From positions 1-24,151 of IMG/VR virus record IMGVR_UViG_3300027813_000093: a DNA stretch of 24,151 nucleotides. One strand, given 5' to 3'. Position numbers and translations under genes: made by a program. Below are positions 1-6,703 of this stretch, in pieces (the first letter of the stretch is position 1; every line of letters begins with the position of its first letter). Below the pieces are notes generated by a model. That model did no database searches. It was not told the DNA's origin and saw only the letters and a list, made by a program, of their open reading frames with translations. The stretch is from a virus (lineage: Duplodnaviria; Caudoviricetes).

Positions 1-1000
1 TTAATTGGTTCTGAAATGTTTCTTCTTTAACATTACCAACTATGTTTTTATTTAGTTTACTATTCTGTTTAAGTTGACCCATTGTATCAGTTCGTGTAAC
101 TGTTACTTCTGCAACTTTAAATATTTCCTTTAATTCTGTAATACGAAGTTTCATCTCTGCTCCTCCTGTATTTGTAAATCGTAATCGTAATCTTGGATTC
201 TTTGGAAGTTTAGTATTAACTTCATCATATACCCATTGTGGTATTTTTCCATCAATCACATCAACAGTTATAAATCCATAATCATTATGAATATGGTGTT
301 CGGTAAATGTTCTTGTAGGAATATCCCATAATAGATATCCATGATTCTCTAACATCTCACCATGATTCTGTTGAACCATAGAACCTGCATAAGCAATGTG
401 TTCGTATCCTTTACCAAAGGTTTGTCTTTTGTGGATATCTCCTAACATAGCCATATCGAATCCATCAAACATTTCCACTTGGAAGGAATTTGAAGAAACA
501 ATATATCCAATATCTGTTTGTGCTTTGTTTACCGGTCCATGAAAAAGACAGATTGTATTTTCACCTTCAACATCTTTGCCCTTTGGCCAATTCTCTTTAT
601 CATCCAATATAGAATAGACAACAAAGGTAAGATTGTGAATTGGATATACACCAGTATCTCGTAAATAATGTAAACGTGGATTCTTTAGATTTTCTATTAT
701 TGGAGTTAATACATCCAATCTGTGATTGTTGTTTAAGTTACAATCATGATTACCTGTTATTATAATAGTTTCTCTTAATTTTGCACACTCCGTAAAGAAC
801 CAAGATATTTCTTGAAGTAACTCAGGACTCATCTCTGTTTTAGCGTGAGCAATATCACCAGCGAGATAAATAACCGAATCTTGGATATCATCCTCTACTA
901 CTTGTTTTAAGAATTTTTTGAATACCAGTCTGTATTCTTTGTGCCTTTGTAGATTTCTAATATGTAAATCTGCAAGGTGGTAAACCTTATTTATTGTCAT
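1..1000 (-). CDS. Mre11/SbcD-like metallophosphoesterase nuclease (T4 gp47-like), 3' end runs off the window
   Basis: Not in the ORF track. Manual translation from ATG at 1000-998: MTINKVYHLADLHIRNLQRH...YLAGDIAH...IITGNHD...LFHG...MLGDIHKRQ...YAGS. These are the DxH, GD, GNHD, H and GDxH phosphoesterase motifs. The frame is open to the window edge and the start overlaps the primase stop (ATGA). Confidence 0.9.
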   Translation of the reverse strand, partial: MTINKVYHLADLHIRNLQRHKEYRLVFKKFLKQVVEDDIQDSVIYLAGDIAHAKTEMSPELLQEISWFFTECAKLRETIIITGNHDCNLNNNHRLDVLTPIIENLKNPRLHYLRDTGVYPIHNLTFVVYSILDDKENWPKGKDVEGENTICLFHGPVNKAQTDIGYIVSSNSFQVEMFDGFDMAMLGDIHKRQTFGKGYEHIAYAGSMVQQNHGEMLENHGYLLWDIPTRTFTEHHIHNDYGFITVDVIDGKIPQWVYDEVNTKLPKNPRLRLRFTNTGGAEMKLRITELKEIFKVAEVTVTRTDTMGQLKQNSKLNKNIVGNVKEETFQNQL

Positions 1001-1938
1001 AAACCTTTTAATTTTTGTGATATAATATCACTAAATCCTGTTTGTTTGGATTCTTTTAATTTGCTATTAACTTCTGAAAATCCCATATCGGCTGCATCTT
1101 TACCTGTTGGAATGATGTTTTTTGTAGTAATACCTTGATTGGTAAATTGCATTGTATAATGTAATGCCTGTCCTTGAGCATCTTCATCTAAAAATATATT
1201 TATGGATTTTACTCCCTTTTTATATATATTTTCATTTAATTTTTTAGGTATAAATTTACCAAGTATAGGAATTGCATTTCGTTTAACTGCCATTGCATCA
1301 AATACACCCTCTACTAAAGTTATAGGTTCATCCCAATTTATTTGGTTTTCAAACATTATAACATTCTTAGAAACAGGTGGATTCTTGTATTTAAATGGTT
1401 CATCCGGAAATACAGAACGTGCAATAAAGTAATTAATTCTATTATCCATATCATAAGAAGGAATGATAATACGACCTGCATAGTGTCCACCATCACAATA
1501 ACCAATGTTATATCTTCTAATATCTTCTGTGGTAAGATTACGTTGTTTTGCGTATTCAACTACCCTCTTAAATGTAGGATTAAATCCTGTTGGTTCAATT
1601 AGTAATGATTTAAATTCACTTGGTAATCGAAGTTCTATTTTCTCATCCTCATTATTATCCGAATATACAATATAATCATCACCATAGATTTCATATATCT
1701 TCTTTAACTTATGTGTATTTACATTAAGTCTTTTTAATAATCGTTGTATTCGTTTTCCTTTTGCATCACAAACCCAACAATGCCATTGTTGTGTAGTTAA
1801 GTTAATTTGTAGTTTTTTCTTATGGTGATGACAAAATGGACAATGATGAGCTTGTTCATCGTTTTTCATTGATGTACCAATCCCCAAAGTATCATTTAAT
1901 ATATTAATAACCTCTTGTCTTTCGTGGTGTGAAAGCAT
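997..1938 (-). CDS. DnaG-type phage DNA primase (zinc-binding domain + Toprim)
   Basis: N-terminal CPFC...HCWVC zinc ribbon; RIIIP...YFIAR; Toprim motifs LVEGVFDA and FLDEDA; C-terminal GKDAAD. Confidence 0.9.
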   Translation of the reverse strand: MLSHHERQEVINILNDTLGIGTSMKNDEQAHHCPFCHHHKKKLQINLTTQQWHCWVCDAKGKRIQRLLKRLNVNTHKLKKIYEIYGDDYIVYSDNNEDEKIELRLPSEFKSLLIEPTGFNPTFKRVVEYAKQRNLTTEDIRRYNIGYCDGGHYAGRIIIPSYDMDNRINYFIARSVFPDEPFKYKNPPVSKNVIMFENQINWDEPITLVEGVFDAMAVKRNAIPILGKFIPKKLNENIYKKGVKSINIFLDEDAQGQALHYTMQFTNQGITTKNIIPTGKDAADMGFSEVNSKLKESKQTGFSDIISQKLKGL

Positions 1939-1958
1939 ATTTACATTTTTTATTGATA

Positions 1959-1998
1959 CAAATATACGAAATTAAATCCATATATCCTAGTCTTTTCT
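1959..1998 (-). promoter_or_regulatory. Bacteroidota-type promoter, copy 1 (upstream of primase)
   Basis: Minus strand AGAAAAGACTAGGATATATGGATTTAATTTCG-TATATTTG has a perfect TAnnTTTG -7 box 20 nt before the primase ATG. It is 35/40 identical to 2204-2243. Confidence 0.7.
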
Positions 1999-2007
1999 TG
2001 ATTATTT

Positions 2008-2175
2008 TTACATCCAAACTGGCATATTATGATTATCACAAATCCATACGCTATCTTTACCCCATAAAGGAATTTGTTTATCTACACTTTTCTGTGCTAC
2101 TGAATAATCATCAGTATCCGTTATATGGATGTATGTACCACTTTTAGGTGTTACTACTTTTACTGTGTATCGCAT
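2008..2175 (-). CDS. small hypothetical protein (55 aa)
   Basis: Not in the track. MRYTVKVVTPKSGTYIHITDTDDYSVAQKSVDKQIPLWGKDSVWICDNHNMPVWM*. It fills the gap between the two promoter repeats and has an A-rich leader. Confidence 0.75.
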   Translation of the reverse strand: MRYTVKVVTPKSGTYIHITDTDDYSVAQKSVDKQIPLWGKDSVWICDNHNMPVWM

Positions 2176-2203
2176 AATTTTACGTTTTAAGTTATTTACA
2201 TAG

Positions 2204-2243
2204 TAAATATACGAAATTAATTTGATATATCCAAGTCTTTTCT
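2204..2243 (-). promoter_or_regulatory. Bacteroidota-type promoter, copy 2
   Basis: Minus strand AGAAAAGAC-TTG-20 nt-TATATTTA, matching the -33 (T)TTG / -7 TAnnTTTG architecture with one -7 mismatch. It overlaps the 3' end of the GIY-YIG gene. Confidence 0.7.
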
Positions 2244-2681
2244 GAAAAACTTTCCTAATAAGTTATCATTCAAAGATAATTCATCAGCTAATACATTATG
2301 TGAAAACTGTTCTTGTAACTCATAATAAGTTAAAGATTTCTTATTTCCACAAAATTTAAGTATTTTTAATTCTAATGTATCATTAGAAGTTGGATTTGGT
2401 CTTCCATCTTTATCAAACCAATTACTAACGATTTTGTTTGAGGAACGATAATCTACCCAATTGGATTCTTTGGTAACCATTTCATATCGCTTCATTCTTT
2501 TATCAGTTAATGCAGCAGTTTCTTTTTTACCAAACTTTCTCTTACGAGTAGATTGTACTTGTTTTTTACCGATGTAATATTCACCAGTTAATCCATTTGT
2601 TATTTTGTATATAAACCCATGTGTGCCGTCTGGCATATCATGTAGTTCGTTAATTATTCTACCTTGGTAAGTCCATGTCAT
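2217..2681 (-). CDS. GIY-YIG family endonuclease (T4 EndoII/DenA-like size)
   Basis: GFIYKITN...YYIGKK motif, with a likely catalytic Glu in LTYYE and Asn in LNDN. The start is more likely MTWTY at 2681 than 2702 because that gives less overlap with the upstream gene. Confidence 0.8.
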   Translation of the reverse strand: MTWTYQGRIINELHDMPDGTHGFIYKITNGLTGEYYIGKKQVQSTRKRKFGKKETAALTDKRMKRYEMVTKESNWVDYRSSNKIVSNWFDKDGRPNPTSNDTLELKILKFCGNKKSLTYYELQEQFSHNVLADELSLNDNLLGKFFRKDLDISN

Positions 2682-3240
2682 AGTTAAATATTTTGAAATC
2701 ATCTTGATATCTTTCTCGAATCCAATCTTTCATCCAAGCTTCAGTATAAAAAGAATTATAATATTGTTGTTGTTTTAAATTTGGATGTATATCGTAAATT
2801 GGATTTTTATTTAGATGTGGAATAGATTCATTAATATTTATTTTCTTAAATAATGAATTAACTTCGTTAATATAGTTTTCATATTTTAAAATACAAGTTA
2901 GTTCTTTAGTTTTATCCAGCGGAGTTGTTACATAATAACTCTGTGAAATCAAATGTAATTCTTTTGTATCTACGCTTTTAATGTAATATTCAAAATTTTT
3001 ATTTGTTTGATTATTTCTTATTTGGTGAAAATATTCTGATAAGAATCGTGTAAATGGATTTCGTACCATTGTAAATTTAAAATAATCCGAAATATTATCT
3101 TTTACTTCTATTATACTTCCATGAGTTGCAATTGATTCTGTTCCAGTTACTTTATTAAGTATATGAGAAATTGAAGTGCCACCTGTTTTTGGAATATGAA
3201 TATATACCCATTTATGAGTACGATTAATTAATAATCCCAA
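2659..3240 (-). CDS. sulfotransferase family 2 protein (PAPS-dependent)
   Basis: 5'-PSB motif YIHIPKTGGTSI, 3'-PB motif FTMVRNPFTRFLSEY, C-terminal YQDDFKIFNY; TTG start. Confidence 0.85.
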   Translation of the reverse strand: MGLLINRTHKWVYIHIPKTGGTSISHILNKVTGTESIATHGSIIEVKDNISDYFKFTMVRNPFTRFLSEYFHQIRNNQTNKNFEYYIKSVDTKELHLISQSYYVTTPLDKTKELTCILKYENYINEVNSLFKKININESIPHLNKNPIYDIHPNLKQQQYYNSFYTEAWMKDWIRERYQDDFKIFNYDMDLPR

Positions 3241-3245
3241 ATTGA

Positions 3246-3431
3246 TTATTTTGCAATTGAATCAGAATATTTTTTATCATTCAATTTACCACCTCTTGCG
3301 ATTGCAAGTGCTTTATCATCTTGGTGTAGTTTCTTACCAGTATCATCTGCAGATATTGGTGTTTTGTCTTTTGAGGAATCAGCAAGTTTAGCAAATTCTG
3401 ATTTGTCGTATAAGTCTTTAATTGATGCCAT
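3246..3431 (-). CDS. small charged hypothetical protein (61 aa), probably late-expressed
   Basis: Preceded by AAAGGA and by the TATATTTATAT motif; fills the intergenic gap exactly. Confidence 0.75.
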   Translation of the reverse strand: MASIKDLYDKSEFAKLADSSKDKTPISADDTGKKLHQDDKALAIARGGKLNDKKYSDSIAK

Positions 3432-3450
3432 AATAGTTGTCCTTTGTATT

Positions 3451-3461
3451 ATATAAATATA
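3451..3461 (-). promoter_or_regulatory. putative late promoter TATATTTATAT
   Basis: Exact 11-mer, intergenic, 19 nt upstream of the ATG at 3431. Confidence 0.65.
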
Positions 3462-3463
3462 GA

Positions 3464-4636
3464 TTAAGTATCTAAACGAATAATAAAGTTTACATCATAA
3501 TCAGGTAAATTCTTTATTGGTTTAGGTAATTTAGCAACTGCAACCATTTCTCCCATCTTATCATATAATCCAATTGTTGTAATATATGGAGCCAAGTAAG
3601 AACCAGTTGGGTCTATTGAAGCTGATGTATGATAGTCATCCCATGAACCACTTATAGATGATGAATAAGAACCTGTTATTGATGCTTTTCTTTTAATATC
3701 GTTTATTTGTGTAATTGTTTTTATTCCAGCTGGTTCATTATTAAATGTAGAAGTAGTTTGGAAATCATAAGAACCACTAATTTCAACGTCTACTGCAGAA
3801 GGATTTTGTGAATAGTTAAATTCACCTGCTTTTGCGTTTATAAATACTTCTGTTTCGTATATTGTTTTTGTTGACTTATAGGTTAAAGAATATTCATGAA
3901 AGTTAGTTACACCACTAAATATTAACAATCCATCAGCATAGAATATATTTCCTTGTAACTTTTCATCTATTTCCAGGCCGGTAAAAATAGTATCCAATCT
4001 AACTGCGGTTTCAATAGTTTCATTTTCTATATCAAGTTTAATGATTGTAAAACCAGGCGGCGTGACTCCACCAAGTGTTACACTCGCTATTCCAGTTTCT
4101 GCATTAAAGGAAGATATTGTACCTGTGAATATATCACCATCTCTGTCTTGTATTTCTATTATACCACTATCAAAGTTTAATGTTAAAAGAGTATAAGTAG
4201 AATTACCAGAACGAATGTTTCCTTCTGATGTATCTGAAAATACTACATTGTTTGTCTCATCAACTAATCTTACAGAACCAGGTTTTATCTGTTCACCATA
4301 TTTTGATTGTGGAATTGATAAAACATAAATTGTAGATGAAAGGATTCGTTCAGTATCTATATTACCTAAGTTTGTGGAAGTTCCAAAAAGAGTAAGTGGG
4401 TTACCATCATTAATATAATATTTACTTTTTATTGATTCATAAAGTGGATGAGTAAATATTTTTGGTTGATTTGATGATGATATGAATAGAGAAGAACCCG
4501 AATCAAATAAATTTGATTCAATTGAAGCCGAAATTATGTTTATGTTATAAGGCTCGTTTCCACTAGTAATTGTGAAGTCTTTAAATACTTTAAAGCTCCT
4601 TTTAGATATATTAGATTTTTGTATTGTTTTTAACAT
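3464..4636 (-). CDS. virion structural protein (tail/baseplate-associated), paralog of 4750-5964
   Basis: Ser/Gly/Thr-rich. C-terminal EFNYSQNP...YITTIGLYD..GEMVAVAKLPKPIK...IIRLD is shared with the neighbouring gene. Confidence 0.7.
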   Translation of the reverse strand: MLKTIQKSNISKRSFKVFKDFTITSGNEPYNINIISASIESNLFDSGSSLFISSSNQPKIFTHPLYESIKSKYYINDGNPLTLFGTSTNLGNIDTERILSSTIYVLSIPQSKYGEQIKPGSVRLVDETNNVVFSDTSEGNIRSGNSTYTLLTLNFDSGIIEIQDRDGDIFTGTISSFNAETGIASVTLGGVTPPGFTIIKLDIENETIETAVRLDTIFTGLEIDEKLQGNIFYADGLLIFSGVTNFHEYSLTYKSTKTIYETEVFINAKAGEFNYSQNPSAVDVEISGSYDFQTTSTFNNEPAGIKTITQINDIKRKASITGSYSSSISGSWDDYHTSASIDPTGSYLAPYITTIGLYDKMGEMVAVAKLPKPIKNLPDYDVNFIIRLDT

Positions 4637-4653
4637 ATAGCTATTATTCCTCT

Positions 4654-4664
4654 ATATAAATATA
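4654..4664 (-). promoter_or_regulatory. putative late promoter TATATTTATAT
   Basis: Exact 11-mer 17 nt upstream of the ATG at 4636, directly after a terminator. Confidence 0.65.
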
Positions 4665-4671
4665 TGGAAAC

Positions 4672-4697
4672 AAAAAACCCCACTTTGTGGTGGGGTT
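4672..4697 (-). terminator. rho-independent terminator
   Basis: Minus strand AACCCCAC-CACAAA-GTGGGGTT-TTTT downstream of 4750-5964. Confidence 0.85.
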
Positions 4698-4749
4698 ATA
4701 TTTGTGAACGATGTGTTTACAACCACATCAATTCTGTCTAGTTTAATTT

Positions 4750-5964
4750 TTAGAAATCAAGTTTAACTTTTATTAGAACTTCTTTATCAAATGATTTTGG
4801 AATTGGTTGTGATGTTTTAGCCACAGCAACCATTTCATTTGAATCACTATATAATCCAACTGTTGTGATAAACGTTTTAGGGTCTTTCTCAAATGTTGAT
4901 TCAGCGAATGAATTATCTGAACCTGTTGTGTATGTTGGGTTGTTAGAGAAGTTAAACTCTCTGTTTGTTGCTCTTACGAAATAATGTGAAGTAGAAACAT
5001 TTTCTGTTCTTCTTGCTTGGAAATCTGAACCTCCACTAATCATGTTATGAAGTAAGAAATGATTTTTACCTTCTCTTACAACTCCACTATAAATTGAGGA
5101 ACCACCGATAGAACCACTATCAATAGATGTTCCAAATTTATCAGAAACTGCAGTTGGGTTAAGAACTAAGATACCTTGGTCAGGATAGAATTTACCAAAT
5201 CCTCTACCATTTGAATCATATCTTCCACCAATTGTTGCTTCCGATTCAGTGCCTAAATTTAATGAACCACTTACTATATCAAATATTCTACCTGCTTTTC
5301 CAACTGAATCTGAGAATTTTTTTCCACTATCATCAATTAATGTTGCAAGTCCTGAAGACCCACTTAGTTTTAATGACCAGTTTCCTGCATCCATTTTTTC
5401 TTTATATCTAGCACGAGATAAATTAATTACATAGATGTCATCTGAATCAAAGGTTGCTCCAGAAGAAGAGGCGAATTTAAATTTATCATCACCTTGGTCA
5501 AGAAGTATACTTTTATATTGTGCATATGTTGCTTTACTTGCTAAAGTTGAACTATCATCATTTTCTAAAGAGATAGAACCTCCACCAACTTTGTTTCCAT
5601 ATGATATAGCAAATTGTACAGCTGTTGCGGCCGCATCATCAAAAACGTTTAAGTAGTAATCTGAATTTTCCGATGTTGCTTGAGTTGATGATGTGTAGAA
5701 GGAAGTTAAACTTCCGGTATCTCCACTCCATAAACCAGTAGTAACAACTTCTACTTTACCATTAACTTGGTCAAATTCACCAAATCTTTTGTAAATACCA
5801 GTAGAAATCTGACCTCCACTTGCACCTAATTTATCACCACCAGTTAAATACTGATTTATGATTTGTGATAATTGTTCAGAAGTAAGATTACCTTGATTAG
5901 CATCTAAATAATTTGCTAACTCTGATGTTAAATTTACTCCTGCTTGTCCTTGAATATTTGCCAT
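4750..5964 (-). CDS. virion structural protein (tail/baseplate-associated)
   Basis: C-terminal EFNFSNNP...FITTVGLYS..NEMVAVAKTSQPIPK...IKVKLDF; AAAGGA upstream; followed by a terminator. Confidence 0.7.
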   Translation of the reverse strand: MANIQGQAGVNLTSELANYLDANQGNLTSEQLSQIINQYLTGGDKLGASGGQISTGIYKRFGEFDQVNGKVEVVTTGLWSGDTGSLTSFYTSSTQATSENSDYYLNVFDDAAATAVQFAISYGNKVGGGSISLENDDSSTLASKATYAQYKSILLDQGDDKFKFASSSGATFDSDDIYVINLSRARYKEKMDAGNWSLKLSGSSGLATLIDDSGKKFSDSVGKAGRIFDIVSGSLNLGTESEATIGGRYDSNGRGFGKFYPDQGILVLNPTAVSDKFGTSIDSGSIGGSSIYSGVVREGKNHFLLHNMISGGSDFQARRTENVSTSHYFVRATNREFNFSNNPTYTTGSDNSFAESTFEKDPKTFITTVGLYSDSNEMVAVAKTSQPIPKSFDKEVLIKVKLDF

Positions 5965-5981
5965 TGTTTATTTTCCTTTTA

Positions 5982-6611
5982 TTAACTTGGTTGTACATAA
6001 GTAACTGTTACAGGGATAGTCTGAGAACCACCAGTTTCGTTACCATAAACCGTAATAGTTGATTGAATTGATACATTTATATTTGGATTTGGAATGAAAG
6101 TAAATTCTAATCCTGTTTCTATTGCAGCGGTAGCTGTTATTTCATCCCCTAAGAATGATGGTGTTGAACTAGCTCCTGCTGATAATCCACTTCCAACAAT
6201 TGAACCTGCGTTCTTGTTAGAAAGAATAACAGTATATCCACTTTGTGTATTACCACTTGGTGAGGTTGTAGGGGAAAGTTGAACTTGGCCTGAATTTTGA
6301 TTTACCGATATAGATGGAATACCAAATTCTACTTTTGGAATTTTAGTTGTTCCTTTTGGTAAAGTTACCAATTTGTATTTCAGTACCTGAGTTTCGTCTG
6401 GCGAAGCTTCGGTGATTGGAATTGCTTTGATTGCAGAATCATAGTATGCACTTCCTTTTGGATGTGCCGGTTCATATAGTGTGTAATCTACCTCATCATC
6501 ACCTAATGCGAATTTGGTAATATTAAGGCCTTCACCCGATGCAAGTTTTTCTCTACCCTTCTTGGTAAGAATTGCATCTACTGTAATTTCTGTGTTATTT
6601 AAATACGCCAT
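5982..6611 (-). CDS. virion structural protein with a tail-collar (DUF3751-like) N-terminus
   Basis: AILTKKGREKLA...ITKFALGD resembles the N-terminus of P2 gpH/DUF3751 collar domains. The C-terminus is beta-rich. Confidence 0.65.
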   Translation of the reverse strand: MAYLNNTEITVDAILTKKGREKLASGEGLNITKFALGDDEVDYTLYEPAHPKGSAYYDSAIKAIPITEASPDETQVLKYKLVTLPKGTTKIPKVEFGIPSISVNQNSGQVQLSPTTSPSGNTQSGYTVILSNKNAGSIVGSGLSAGASSTPSFLGDEITATAAIETGLEFTFIPNPNINVSIQSTITVYGNETGGSQTIPVTVTYVQPS

Positions 6612-6638
6612 AGTTTTATTTCCTTCTTGTTATTCAAT

Positions 6639-6649
6639 ATATAAATATA
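6639..6649 (-). promoter_or_regulatory. putative late promoter TATATTTATAT
   Basis: Exact 11-mer 27 nt upstream of the ATG at 6611. Confidence 0.65.
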
Positions 6650-6703
6650 AGTATTTTATAAAATTAATTAATTATCGTCTTTTTTGTTAATCTACCTCTT
6701 AAA

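Noticed and set aside
4697-4704. Plus-strand TATATTTG as an antisense Bacteroidota promoter
   Set aside because: No TTTG/TTG at the expected ~20-nt spacing, and an 8-mer of this composition is expected by chance.
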